Under the pieces are notes generated by a model that was not told where the DNA came from, searched no databases, and saw only the letters and a list, made by a program, of their open reading frames with translations. The position numbers and the translations under genes were made by a program. Below are positions 22,551 to 36,309 of a stretch of 64,000 nt of DNA, one piece after another. Each line of letters opens with the position of its first letter. Within the stretch, counting starts at the first letter, position 1. Origin of the DNA: Sphyrna mokarran (Eukaryota); contig JAGIQG010000006.1 of assembly GCA_024679065.1 (NCBI GenBank), forward strand, positions 90,396,001 through 90,460,000, given 5' to 3'.

Positions 22551-25051
22551 GTAAAATGACGCTTGTCACAAAAACTTGCATCAATCGCACTATGTACTTT
22601 ATGTTCAACTTTACAACCTGTAAATGTGTGCAATGCAATGGTAGAATCACCCATTACGTGTGCAAGCTATGTTTTTTCTTTCTGTTAAAACCCACAATCC
22701 CTAACATAGTTAGGATATTATGGGGATATCAATATCTATCAACCAGATTGACTTTGTAGCACCATGAGTGGCCAAGCTGGCTGAGTCCTGGAGAACAGAA
22801 CTACTACGCTAGGCCAGCACAGGAACTGAGAGAAGCTACATAAAGGATAAACTTGTGGTTTCATCATCACCAATTAACTACCGCAGATGCATCTATCTAT
22901 GTTAACATTGACCACCGCACATTTTTGGAGACAAATTCTTACCTTTACAAGGAGGTGATCTGTTGATTAAGAGGCTGGCATAATTCACATTCTACCATGA
23001 CTATCAAGTCAAAACTCAATGCTGTTTCAGTGATGAGTGTAGAAAAACTCACCATCATTTTATGTATTTTATGCTGTGAAGACACAGGCAAAGAGTGGTG
23101 TTTTATCATATTTTGACTGTATTAACTCAGATGGAAAAGAGGTGTGCAACCAATCTGTTCCACTGCCTGCCAGCTTTTTCTTCTATATTTTTTGACATTT
23201 AATCAAAACCAAATCTGTAGGCTGGTCCCATGACAGCAGGCTGGTGGGACAGGATCTGAATGTACTAGATCCACCAGCAACTTCAGTTTTCAAGAGATTG
23301 AGGTGCTCTTTTTAATGGGGGGCTTATCTGGAAAAAACGGCCATGGGGATCACCTCATCCTCTTGGGAACCTCTCCCACCATAGGCACAGGAGCTACCCT
23401 CATCCCTTTATGCATTCTTTCCCCACCATCTCCAAAGAAACACTACCCCTCACCGACACAGGAATCCCCACCCCACAGACCTCCCATATGGAAGCTCCCT
23501 TCCTGGGAGTGCTCAGAGTTCTGCCCAGGCATGATCCTTTACTGCCCCCTCCGAAGGCTGTACTTTGCTGTGTACCCCTGTGGCAGTGGCCATTTGTTAG
23601 ATCTTCATTGATCCAGACCTGTTGTAAACTCCATTAACACGATGTCATGATGGTGGGAGTGGGGAGTTCCCTATTTGGGGTGATAATAGGTGTGGAAGTC
23701 TGCTAATGGTATAAAAATATATAGTAATGGGATTCCTGATCTTTCATGGCAGGCACCTCATTACATCGTTGATGGGGGTGAGGAAGGGAGAGAGGAAGGG
23801 TAAACAATCAAATGGAGAAACCCAACCAACGTAAAAGCTATATTGGGCAACTCCTTCAATTCTCTGTCCCAACAGCTTTCCCATCTATTAAAAAGGGGAA
23901 TTGGGTGGAGAGGAGGGGGAGGGTGGAGGGGGAGGGGAGCAATCTCAGCCAAAATCCTTGTTTAACATCTTTGCAATTTCCTTAGCCTGCATTATAGTTT
24001 CTTCTGTCTCAGCCTTTAGGAACCCATATCAACTTTTATTATTTCTGCTATTACATATATATAGAAGCTCTTTCAATTTTGTATGGCTATTTTGGTCTCA
24101 CATTATTTTCTCTCATCATTAGTTTTTTGGAAGAAAATTTTCCCATTTCACTCACCATGGGAATTGTAGTGGGCGAGGAGCAGAGCATGGAAAGATTCAT
24201 CAAACCCAGGCAGAATTTTCCAGTTTTAGGCCAAACTAAATCGGAAACTCATGCCTAATGTCTTACTTTGCTGGAAACTAAAACATTCCCAATCCTCAGG
24301 CTACAACTCCACTTTTTAGAAGTATCTCTCTCCTTTAATGAATAAATTAAAAAAAAGCATGCATGCTTAACTGGTGCAGAGAAATTAGCATTACCAGTCA
24401 AAAAAAAAGCATATTGGTGACACTCATTGCAGGTCACAGTCAATGCTGACAATAGACATCTGAATAGCAAGTTGTGGTGATGGATTACATTGAAGAAACC
24501 CTCAAAGAAAAAGTACTAATGCATCAGTAGGATATCTGCCAGGCAATCAAGCAATTCTGCAGAGTCATGGATCAAAGAATGGAAATTATTGAAAATGTCC
24601 TCCTTGATCACAATAGGCTTTTTTATCTCCAGATTGTCTGCATTGCAGTCCATTATTGCTAATAATATTCACATTGTAAAGGTGCTCTTGAATCCAGAAT
24701 TATCTGTGAAGCCAGTGCAGGGACTGAGAAAAGGATCTGCTTAAGGATTGAATTCATCTATCAGAAAAGCGTTGTCAGAAGTAAGGGAAATCATCCGCAC
24801 TGTGAGGCTACCGGATGCATTTAATGTTTGAAAACTTGGATGCGGCAAAATTTAGATGTCAATTGAGAACAATAGCTCCAACTATTCCAACCACTGGATT
24901 TATTTACAAAAAACTTATGGAGCCTTATTATTACTTATAAAAACTTCACTTATTTTGAAATACAGTTATTATTATAACTGTATTTCAAAATAATAGAACA
25001 TATTCTATGTTCTATGTTATAGCTCTCCAGGCTAATATAGGAGCTATATTA

Positions 25052-25335
25052 AATTAAGTTTATTTATTAGCTTCATAGCTCAGTTTATATTAACACTGCT
25101 ATGAAGTTATTGTGAAAATCCCCTAGGTTGCCACATCCTGGCACCTGGTGGGTACACTGCGGGAGAATTTAGCAGTGCACCTAACCAGCACAGTTTTGGA
25201 CTGTGGAAAGAAAATGAAGCACCTGGAGGAAAGCCACACAGACACAGGGAGACATGCAGACTCTACACAGATAAGCCAGGAATCGGACCTCGGTCCCGGT
25301 GCTGTGAGACAAAAGTGTTAACCACTGTGCCACTG
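25052..25335 (-). mobile_element. SINE family B copy
   Basis: tttatttattag..attaacactgctatgaagttattgtgaaaatccc ... gtgctgtgagac..aaccactgtgccac. Confidence 0.85.
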
Positions 25336-26226
25336 TACTTATAAGATTCTAGACACATCAATGGCCGTTTAAACTTTGAGTGCAGGAGGAATGTTGGTTA
25401 AGACACTGAAAAATGTGCAATATTATTTCAGATTAAGTACAAAAAGGAATACTCAAAACAAAAGGATGAGTGCTTCAAAAATCCAACCTGTTGCATGTGA
25501 CCACAAGTTTTTTGGAGTTGTGGATCAAGAAGGAGTGCTGAATTAAGGAAAAAAAGAATAAGAAGCAAAAAAATGCATAATGTTCAGGAATCAAAAATTC
25601 AGTCATGATTTAAAGCTGTCTTGACTGGTAATCTAAGTGATGGAGTTCTTCATAAGTTATTTGCATACCTACTCGCAAGTGTTTTACATGTAAGTTCTTA
25701 GCGAGTCAGCAGGTGTGCTGCAAAATACCACAAGTTAGCTGGAGTGAGGCCGCTTTGTGCAAACATAACTTTTCAGGTGCTGCATCCAAATCTTCACAAA
25801 CATTTCCTCTCACAGCTTTGGAAGTTCATACGGGATGCACTGAGACTTACCTACTCAACTTCACAGGCAACTCAGCATAAGAACATGAACTGGTGCTCAA
25901 GGACATTACCACAGAATCAGGGTTAAAGGCTTTACATAAACACAGGGCAAAGAAAAAGACAGCATGAATATGTAAGATTGGACAAATCATGTTATATGTT
26001 TTGAGTAAGTAAAGGCTGAGTCTGTCTGAAATAATTCTTCAGAGGCCGGTGTTCCTGCACCACATTTCCTGTATCTCCAAATCTATCTCCATTCCTTAGA
26101 GCGCTTCAGGTACAAAGTCAGATTCTGAAGTGGCAGTAGACCTGACATGCCTCATTATATGCAGAGATGAGACTCTCCAATTGGGCAAGTAATTATTACC
26201 TTAATCCGGGAGCTCATACTCTAAGA

Positions 26227-26285
26227 CAGGCGTCTCCAGACTACGGCTCACGGGCCGCATCTGGATTGGAGTTTGGAGACCACTG
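26227..26285. mobile_element. 59-bp hAT (Charlie/MER58-like) miniature element
   Basis: TIRs caggcgtctccagact / agtttggagaccactg; 8-bp TSD ctctaaga / ttctaaga. Confidence 0.8.
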
Positions 26286-26389
26286 TTCTAAGAGGCATGT
26301 CTCATTGGGCTTCTTGAGGTCATCACATAGTCTTGGCCACAAAAAGCTAGGATCAATCTATTCTGGCTAATTAACACTCTATCTGCCTA

Positions 26390-27612
26390 TTCTCAAAGTG
26401 ATAGGTCTTATCAACAGTGTTGCTAAGTGGCAGCTATCCAGCAATAACCTACTCAGATTCCAGAATTGAAGTTCACTCTTCTCCTGACCAGACAATAGTC
26501 TTGACCCAACAATGAATAATGCAGCTCAACTACTAAGTGAGCTGAGAGTGACAGCATTAGACATCAAGGTAGTATCTGACTAACCCTGACAGGAAGTGGT
26601 CCGAGCAAAATTAATGCTGATGAGAAGTAGGGAAAGATTTCCACTGATGGAGATGAAGTTGTCACAAAGAAAGATGGCTTTGTTTGTTGGATGTCAATCA
26701 TCTCATCTCCAAGATGTTGCTACAAGAGCTCCTCAAGGTGATATCCTAAACCCAAACATAATCATTTGCTTCAGAATTACTCTTATTCTACATAATGTCA
26801 GAAGTGTGGATCTTTGTTGATGATTGCACAATGTTCAGTATAATTTGTGACTCCTCAGATAATGAAGCAATCTGTGCCCACATGAAACAAAACCTGGATA
26901 GAATTTGCCACTTAGGTTTAGACTAATAAGTAGTAAGTCAAACAATGTAGGTGCCAGGCAATGATGATCTACAATTTTATCATCACTGAATTCCCACTAT
27001 CAGAATTCTGGAAGTTACCATTGACCAGAAACTTAACTTTCATATTAAAACTCTGACTACAGAACAAATAGAGGCTGGGAATTCTGTGACAAGTAACTCA
27101 CCTCTCGAATCCCCAAGGCCTTCCATCATCTGCAACGAGCATGATGGAATACTCTTCACTTACCTGGATGAAGTGCAATTCCAATACAATCAAGAAGCAT
27201 GATTGGTATCCTATCAATCACCTTAAGTGTTTACTCTCCCCATCACTAGCACAAAGAGACAGTGGTGTGTATCACTTACATGATGTACTGTAGCAATTCA
27301 CCAAGGTCCTTTCGATGGCATCTTCCAAATCTATGACATCTACTATCTAGAACAAAGGTTGCAGGCACATAGTAACACTATCATCTCTAAGTTCCCCACC
27401 AGGGCACACACCATCATCACTTGCAGTTATATCATGATTTACAGTCACTGGGTCAAAAGCATGGAACTCCATCATGAATAGCACTGGGGTGCAGCTACAC
27501 CGGATGGACAGTAGCTATTCAAGAAGTTGCCTCACTTTCACTTTCTCAAGGACATTAGAGATGAACAAAAAATGTTGGTCTTGCCAGTAACATCACAAGA
27601 ATAAACAAAAAA
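26390..27612 (+). mobile_element. Ancient CR1/L2-group LINE RT and 3' tail
   Basis: Decayed RVTALDIK, PQGD(S)ILNP and DDCTMFS motifs; tail aaatgttggtcttgccag..aataaacaaaaaa resembles the DeuSINE-associated LINE tail. Confidence 0.8.
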
Positions 27613-28312
27613 TACTCTCAAGGTACATGCCAAAAATCCAATTATATAAATAGAGGTAACGCTGAAGATGCATGAGCCATGGTTACAGGAGACAAATATA
27701 GTATCAGAGAAAGAGATGAAGTGAACTCCTATTGAGAGACCAGTTTCTTGTGATCTTTCAAAAGAAGATGGATGTGTTATTATTGAATAGAGCTTTAAAT
27801 AAATTGGTTGATAATGTTGACCATTTTATGGCTTTCTGATTACACACTGAAGAGAACATATTGAAGGTTTCTCTTCACATCTGACAACAATGCCAGATCT
27901 GGTGGAGGGAAACAGGAAGCTGACATAACACATCAGGAAAGAATTGCTGCATTCCATCAACATTACTCTGGGCAGCCATGCAGCTGTGGAAACCCCTTCC
28001 CGGGACTATTGAGATTTATCTGTGCATGTTTGGTGGTCACTTCATTGTTTCTTTCTGAAATTTTAGGCTGACGGGGACTCATTCATCAAAGCTGGTAGTT
28101 GTCCTGCCTATTTTTAAGGGTGCGTGACCGAGTTATCCTTTGGACTGTTCTGATCATTTATTCATTAACTTCATGCCTGCAGTTCAATATCATTGGTTAG
28201 AATGTTTCTGATACATCAGGTGGTATCTTCTGAACTGGAGTATAAATTGGGGAGCATGAGTGAAAGTGTGAGTGATTTCCACTCAGGAACATGATGGCAG
28301 GCCACACAAGAT

Positions 28313-28443
28313 GGGGGGATGAGTTTTTCCATCTCACCCACCATGGGAATTGTAGTAGGCAGGGAATGGACCATGCAAAGGTCTATTGACCTCAGGCAGG
28401 AGGTTATGGTTTAGGGGCAAGTGCAGAAGGAAAATCCCACCCT
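28313..28443. mobile_element. ~110-130 bp MITE family (other copies near 24135-24232, 33417-33535, 44738-44850, 45946-46051)
   Basis: Shared TIR-like ggg(c/t)(a/g)ggattttcc / ggaaaa(t/c)..c.ccc ends and internal ccatgggaattgtagt or its complement. Confidence 0.7.
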
Positions 28444-31400
28444 AAGTTTCAACCTGATCCAATTGTTAGATATGCATGTGCATAGTGAATCTTATGGTGG
28501 GAGTGGATAAAATGTTGGTGCCTTCTTCCTCAGCTGGATCAAAGCTATTTAAAATGTAGAATTGTCTGGAGCCAGCAGATGTATGCCTGGGGCATCGGCG
28601 AACAAATTGCAGTGATCCGTCTGGGCAGCATATTAATTGTAGCAGTCAATCTGATACTGAGCCATTTCAGCCAACGGAAAGTACTATAGCTAGCATTTGT
28701 TTACCCTGGCCTTCCCCACCCCCACCATGGTAAAGCCCATCCTAGAGGAACACAGATGAGTTACCTTTGAGTTCATATATCCAAATGCATGGAGACTTTA
28801 GCACTGACTGGTGCAATGAAAATCATTGCCATGCATCCTCCTTGAAATATTATTGGACTCCCTTCCATTGGTCTCAAGACACAGTCAAGGGACATTTGCC
28901 TTATCACCAAAAACGTATCACTTGTCCCATTATCAGCCATGATCATCTATACAGATTACCCAAGGTTCTCTACTGGCACATTGCTATAACCCAACCCCGC
29001 TTCCCTACCCACCAACCTCAGTAATGGGCTCTAGAGAGCCAATCCCTGCTTCCATCTCTCCATCCCTCCCTCCTTTCCCCCCGCATCCTACCCTTCCATG
29101 GACAACTTCAATTGTTCTTCAGCGTGGACTTTATTGTAGCTCCTGACTTTGCTAGGATCTTGATGTTATGAGACCCATAAGTTAGGGAGTGAATTGTGTG
29201 GGCTGCAATATAGAGAGGAGAATGTACCTGAGCATGGATCTCATGCAGTTGACTTGTAACTACTAGGATGCCCTTTAGTCAGTCAACTGCTCATCTTGAA
29301 CTTCATCCACCAAAAATTCTCCTCTCTTTTTGAGGAGTCACATGTGCACAACAACTATGAAGAACAGCCTTGAGAAAATGGGATAAGTTTCAGACACACT
29401 CCATCACCTACTATCCTCCCCTATCATTCACCAACTTTCCTCATCAGACTTCAGCAACTCAATGTAACCATTCTCCTCTCTCCATCACTCTTGAACATCC
29501 TTCTGGCACCTCTTGCCTTAACCATCACCGTCAACATGTTTCTCTCCACTCTGAGCCTAAAACCATTTCCATATCTCTTCTGGCCCTCACTCTTTCCAAT
29601 ACCTGTGCCATATGTTGTGTCCATTTCCACGAACTTCCCCATCCCTCCCATGAGAACACCTGCCACCCACTCTTGACCTTTTACCCTGTTATCCTACTGT
29701 ATCTCGCTCTCTCCTCACTGCAAATGTTGCCTCAGCTGTCTAGTACTCTCATTTCAATCCTAAGGAACCCACAGTACTAAACAACGACCTGCCCTTTCAG
29801 AGCATCTCCATCCTAACTCCATCCCTCCTCACCATTCACAGGGCCCCCACACCCAACGTGGAAGGCCCTTCCCACCTTCCCAAGTCTCACTCTCATCTTT
29901 CCTCCCTGACTCTGCCCTTCTTCAGACTCACTACCTCCCTCCACGCCCTTCAGCCAGCCTCCCTGACCTGTAGCCCTCAGGCTACCATCACCCAATCATC
30001 AAATTCTTGAACAACATTCCAAAAGAGGAAAAGAAAACACTGGATTTTCACTCCAAATCCAGCAAGTTGACTATCATGTCATTTATATGCAGGCATAAAT
30101 CTGATGGCACGCTTTGCTTGCTTGACAATAACTTAATCAGGAAGGGGAGTTTACTTCCTGCAAGCTAGTTTTTTAATAAATGTGCATGATGCGCAAACGC
30201 TTGCCATCAAAAAGGCTGGCGTGCCTTCAACTTCCCTGAAATTAACTGTATAAGTTCATCCTAAATCAGGAAGCTGGTTTTTGACCTTCCATTGAATTAA
30301 GTTCTTCAACTATCATGCATACTACCCATCAAATATGTCTTTGGCAGAAGCATCATAGGCAGTTTTCTATTGGTGATAATGTTATCTTCCACACCTGATA
30401 TTGAGTTTCACTGACTTCAATGGAATTGAATATTTGGAGGTATGTAACAGCTGGCCCTACCATTTATTCCTTACTTCATAAAGTGATTTTTCTACTAAAT
30501 AATCATGATTCCTCATTACTTTTGAGTTCATTTTGGTTCTGCCCACAGTCCAGCTGGGTCTCAATGTTTCTCTCTTGACTATTAATTATATAAATTGAAT
30601 AATTTGCTATTATCTCAAATAATGTTGTCCGGTCACTTGGAGTGGTTAAGCAAATCACTAAAGAGTGGGGTTGATCAGCTGAGGTTTACATTTTCAAAAC
30701 ACAAGTTGAAAATGCATGGTTTTGGTATTAACATTAATTGAGCACTCCCCAACATGGCATACTTAGATGGTATCAGTGTTGGATGCAACAAGTAAGCACA
30801 TCTTAGCACCAATGTCAGGCTTTTGGATCTTTGTGCTACTGATACATACTTTATACTAAGTTGCACTTTATTCTTCCACTATCTGAAGGTCAGGAAAATA
30901 CAAGCAGGCTAATGTTAATTCCAGTAAATCATTCATAGCAACAATGATTCTTGTTCAGGTCTGGTCAATGTTATATTACCAGATATCCTGTGAATAAAAT
31001 TATACATTAGTCCATAGAGAAAAGGACATGCTTGCAAAGCATCTATTGACACCCATAGGATGTAAGATGGGAAATCTTTGTTTCTTATTGTGGTCCTCAT
31101 GAAGCAGTAAAATGTTTAAAATCTATTGCTGGGAAAAAGCTGAGACTTAACATTATGAAATACATTCACCTTAATAAAATGCAAGGACATCTCCTCAGAA
31201 GCTGACTCAATGGAGGTTACAAAATCTAATAAAAATGGTAGCAAATTCAGATGGTCTAGTAAAACCACACTAACTGCTTTGATGCAAAGCTAAATACTCT
31301 TATAGCTAATGATTATTTTATTAGTGCTCTGCATTAAAACATTGCAGTAGCACAATGCACTTAAGGATTGTTAATGAATCAATGTATTCCCTATGAATAA

Positions 31401-31813
31401 TTCAAGTCTTCTGGAGGTAATAGGGCTGTCATAGATTTAAGTGGAATCCCAATACAAGTTTTCTGGCTTTTTTTTCCCTGTTTTCACCTCCTCGTGTTCT
31501 TCCCCTCACTTATGGCTGGGGAGAAATTTCTGGCAGAGATTAGATTTCTCCCTGTTCTTTCTAATTAGTTCGATGAAACTGGAAAATGTTAAAGAACTCA
31601 CTATTTTATCTGCTCTCGGAGACTAATATGTGACCAATATCTCTGTGTGAATTTTAGGTGTACTGTTAAGGTTAGTGGATTTTTGCTTCCACTGATTGAT
31701 GTACTTTGCTACATTTTCTTACATCTGTACAAAAAGTCTTCTGATTTCAAAAAGGGAAGAGGATATGAAATATTCCTCATTGCCCTCAATTTTACTTTCT
31801 GACTTAGAAGTCA

Positions 31814-32555
31814 GTGGCTCCGATTTTACCTCTGTGGTGCACCCCTTTTCGAGCGTGAAAAACTTGATTAAATCGGGCGTGAAGCAAATAGAGCAATTTT
31901 CATCTGCGCCAATTCCCCCTTTACCAAGACTCAAAAGTGGATGCAATCCGGATGCACCCGAAATGGGCATGATATCAATTTAAAAGCACTTGCATGCATT
32001 TAAATTGGCTTAATAAGCTGGATGCCCAAACATACCTGCATTTCCCTCTTTACCATCACCTTTGCCCATCCAGATTCGGCACAAACAGACATGCTTGGCA
32101 AAAGTCTGTTTCAGGTGTTCCAGCTTCTGAAGAGCTTCCAGCTGCTCAGATTGGTGGTTGTGGGGGAAGGCCAGATTGTTCTATGGTTGGAGGGAGGTGG
32201 AAGGGGTAGCAGGGTAGGGAGTCACGATCAGTCTGGGTAGCGGGAGGGGTGGGTGGATAAAAGAGACACTTGTGTTTTGGTGAGTGGGCAATATCTATGG
32301 GAGCCATCGTTCCCTGGCTGCTTTATGTGGCTTGGGAGCAATGTGGCAGGGGAGGGTTCTTCAAACATTTTCTTACTGTGCACATGCAGTTGAAGACTCC
32401 GATCAGAGCTGCAACATTTTGGACGCGATAAGCCCCACCCACAGCGTGATTTAGGTTCGCAACTTTTTTTTAGGCTGACTATATGGGGGTGTCACGGAAC
32501 AGGGTTTAGAAGTCAGATCTGATCTGATACAGCACTTAGAAACAAAATTTCTCAT
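31814..32555. mobile_element. Harbinger-type element, inverted paralogue of 7833-9306
   Basis: ggctccgattttacc left end; the reverse complement aligns by eye to 8870-9306; agcacttagaa subterminal motif. Confidence 0.75.
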
Positions 32556-33896
32556 AATGTGGTTATTTTGCAGCAGGTACAATTATCATGTAGGCTGAAG
32601 GCTCTCCTAGTGCATTGGGCAAGTTAAAAAAAAATGCATTTCTAAAGAACATGATCACAAATTTCTATTGAGCTTGCCCAGGAAGGTCATGACTCTGAGG
32701 AGCTGGGATCTAAACATCATTGCCCTTCACTTTTCACCCAGGGCATAGATCGAGTTTCCACTTGCCACAAAAGTGGCCACCCATATTGAGCAAGGTATGG
32801 TAGGAGCAAAAGGCTCTCAGACCCAGGATTTTCACAACCTCGACCTGGTAATTGGCTAGCTTGCTGGTAGGTGAGATGGGAAGAAATGTATCAGGTTGCT
32901 GGCTTACGGAAGTGGAGTATGACCTCCATTTCTGACAAATTTGGTCATGGTAGGGCAAGCTGAAAGGGCCAATTTGTGACCTTTCTCGGGCCAGACATGC
33001 ATGCAGGGTAGTGAGCAGCTGGACATTGCGTTCTCCTCTACCTAATCAATGTTCAGCATTCTGTCAATGGCAATGCCACTTGATGGTGAAATGGTTCTGT
33101 AGGAAACTCCTCTTAGCCTTGAAAAGACCAGTGGGTGAAGTAGCTAGCACAGGCATAAGTGGGTGCACCCTAAGCCTTACACGAGATATTACATGCAATA
33201 AGTTTTGACTCCCAAATTTGCACTGTCACTACACTTCTTGCACAGAAGAAATACTCAACCGTGATGACTTTTATTGGATTATAGCACAAAACACTCCTGA
33301 ATGAATTTGGATTTATTTTGTCCAGTCTTGTACAGGCTTGCATGAAAACTAACTTTAAAAAATCTACATCAGACTGGGAATTTTGAAGGTAAGGAGTTCA
33401 TGGGTTTGGACTTACTGGGCAGGATTTTCTGTGTGCACTCATCCCAATGCCAGAAATTCCCGACTGAGGTTATCAGACATGTGCATTGTCCGTGTCCCAC
33501 CCATTACAATTCCTTTGGTGGGTGGATCGGGAAAATGATATTTTTGACTATTTTAACAAACCTATCAGCTCTTCCAGAATCCGGCTCCAACAACCCAACT
33601 TCTCAGTTTAATTCAATCTGTATGTATCCCTCAAAGAGATAGGCAGCTGCTTATAATGATTTTAAAAAGCTTTTTGATGGGGATTCTCACCAGCAGCTAA
33701 ATGTAACTTTACATACATGAGCTTCCCAGGCATCCTGGAAGTTACATTTCATACCAAGGTGAGAGGTTTAGAAAGGCAGCGTCAGTAAGTATCTTAACTT
33801 TGTGATAACGTGCCTCCAAGATGTCCTTCCACAGGCAAGAACATGGAGGGAAATTGAATCTCCCAGGGGGCCTACTGAAATTTAATTTTATTTATT

Positions 33897-34575
33897 AGAA
33901 CATAGAACATAGAACATTACAGTGCAGAACAGGCCCTTCGGCCTTCGATGTTGCGCCGACCAATTAGGAACAAGCAGTGACCCTCTAACCTAGACCATTC
34001 CCTTTTCATCCATAAACTTATCTACTAACCTCTTAAACGCCACCAAACTTGGCGCATCTACAACTGACGCAGGCAGGGCATTCCATACCCTTACCACCCT
34101 CTGGGTAAAGAACCTACCTCTGACATCTGTCCTAAAACCACCACCCCTTAATTTAAAGCTATGTCCCCTCGTGCTAGCTTTCTCCATCCTAGGAAAAAGG
34201 CTATCACTGTCCACCCTATCTAAACCTCTAATCATCTTATATGTTTCAATAAGGTCTCCTCTTAGCCGCCTTCTTTCTAACGAAAACAACCTCAAATCCC
34301 TCAGCCTCTCTTCATAAGACCTGCCCTCCATACCAGGCAACATCCTGGTAAACCTCCTCTGTACCCTCTCCAATGCCTCCACATCTTTCTTATAATGCGG
34401 GGACCAGAACTGCACACAATACTCCAAGTGCGGCCGCACTAGAGTTTTGTACAGTTGCAACATGACATTGCGGCTCTGAAATTCAATCCCCCTACCAATA
34501 AAAGCTAAGACTCCGTATGCCTTCTTAACAACCTTATCGACTTGATTGCCAACTTTCAGGGATCTATGCATACAT
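33897..34575 (-). mobile_element. Young 5'-truncated CR1/HER1 LINE
   Basis: Uninterrupted 193-aa RT C-terminal ORF, many retained CpGs, perfect (tagaaca)3 tail; inserted inside a family-B SINE tail. Confidence 0.96.
33990..34571 (-). pseudogene. CR1 ORF2 C-terminal fragment (open frame, truncated)
   Basis: LYKTLVRPHLEYCVQFWSPHYKKDVEALERVQRRFTRM..TRGHSFKL..FFTQRVVRVWNALP. Confidence 0.93.
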
Positions 34576-34579
34576 ACAC

Positions 34580-34840
34580 AAGTGTCACAAGTTCACTTAC
34601 ATGAACACTGCAATGAAGGTACTGTGGAAATCCCCTAATTGCTACATTCTGGTGCCTGTTCAGGTCCACTGAGTGAGAATTTAGCATTAATCAGCACATC
34701 TTTTAGGAAGAAACAGAGCTCCCAGAAGAAACAAAGGGAGAACATGCAGACTCCTCATAGTCAAGCACCCAAGCTGGAAATCAAACACAGGTCCCTGGTA
34801 TTGTGAGGTAACAGTGCTAACCATCATGCCACCATGCTGT
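34580..34840 (-). mobile_element. SINE family B copy (tail split by the CR1; remainder at 33881-33896)
   Basis: agtgtcacaagt..acactgcaatgaaggtactgtgg..cagtgctaaccatcatgccaccatgctg. Confidence 0.85.
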
Positions 34841-35739
34841 CCATTCTGAGAAGGTACCAGTTCTTTAGTAATATGGTTTTTATGGACTCTAACCTGGACT
34901 CAGGTGAAGTATTTGTGTGTTCTTCATGGATATCAGGAGATACAGTGGACAGTACATCAATAGATACAATGAAACTGAAGTCTAAATGCTGCTCAGCCAC
35001 TAAAAGCATAGCTGATTCTTCTAATATGACAACAGATATGTTATAAGATGCATACATCATCAGGAAAGATGGATCACGCCCTAGAGATCTTCTAATAGAT
35101 TATTTAATACAGAAAGAGACTCTTCCTCATGACTCTCTATGATCAGCTAATTCAGGTCTAGCAACTCTTTTTGCTGCACTGCCTTCAACATCCTTCACAT
35201 CTGGACTTACTCTATGAAGAACTAAGAGTTTCATAACCTCAATCTCTGCCCTGGATCTAGTGGATGGTGTCTAGGTGAAAGAAAGGAGTGTATAAACTTC
35301 TTCAGCTTTGGATTGCTGAATTTCCACTTCTCTGAAATGAAACGCTGAAGATTGTGGCATGAAAGGCAATGAGGTATTCAAATGTTAACCATCATCTGGT
35401 TTTTCTAGCATTCTTAGAAGTATGTCACTCAAAAGGATTGATTGTGAAGAACACTGAGAAATGTCGCTCCATGGAGCTGAGGGGAACAATAATCCTGCCT
35501 TTGGAAGGTAATTCTGCCTGGATTTTGTAACTGATGTTTGATGGGCAAGGGGTCATTAGTTGAAGCCAGTTGAAGTTATCTAATAATATGTTACCTGCCA
35601 TAATGCAAGCATCTCAAAATGGTTGATAGCGTGGAGTTTCCCACCCTTTCAGTTGGTTTGGCAGACCTTTGTATGTGTAAGGCTGCTGCATGTGGGCCTA
35701 CCAATCTATGGAATCAGGCAAAGTCTTGGAATTGCCCCT

Positions 35740-36240
35740 GCATTTTAGAATGATTTGATATTCAGAAATGGGACAGTATTGCACACTGAACTACCTGCTT
35801 GATAAAGGATTTCTGTGGGGTATTTTTAAAATATAAAGGCTTTAAGAATGGACTCAATGTCAATGTCATGGTGGATTCCTGCATAGCCTGCTGTAGGAGA
35901 TCATCACCTGTTACTGGACCTACCACTTAAAGAAAGAACTGAACTTGATACTTTAACTCCTTTTCATGAAAACCTGACATTTTTGGTACTGGAAAAAATG
36001 ATGGTTCCATAATGTCCACTGCTGACCTCGATGTGATCCCTCAAAGCAGTGAAACAGGCAGGGACTCCTCACTAGGTATGGTCATCATTACCGTCCTCCA
36101 GTGTGTCTCCATCAAGTGAAATTTCTTCAAACTCCTTCAAATATTTCTTCACTCTCTGGTTCCTTTAATAATACCTATGTATCATTTTAGATTGTTGCCT
36201 GCTAGCCTGTTCTGAGATTGGACCTTCTCTCTTGGATTCT
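35740..36240 (-). mobile_element. Highly decayed L1-clade ORF1 remnant
   Basis: Frameshifted (E)NR-SR-NNL..IGI motif near 36160-36215 and LYQAG.VQ.AIL-P motif near 35765-35808, about 425 nt apart, consistent with L1 ORF1 spacing. Confidence 0.5.
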
Positions 36241-36309
36241 AGATGTGAGACTTGGTTCTTAGACAGATGCCAGACACACTCTAGTATCCGCTTAACACAT
36301 GCTTATTAA

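Noticed and set aside
28680-30330. Possible decayed Harbinger transposase or Myb-like remnants (also 32700-33150 and 41900-42200)
   Set aside because: Only faint 3-4 residue resemblances with wrong spacing; needs a profile search
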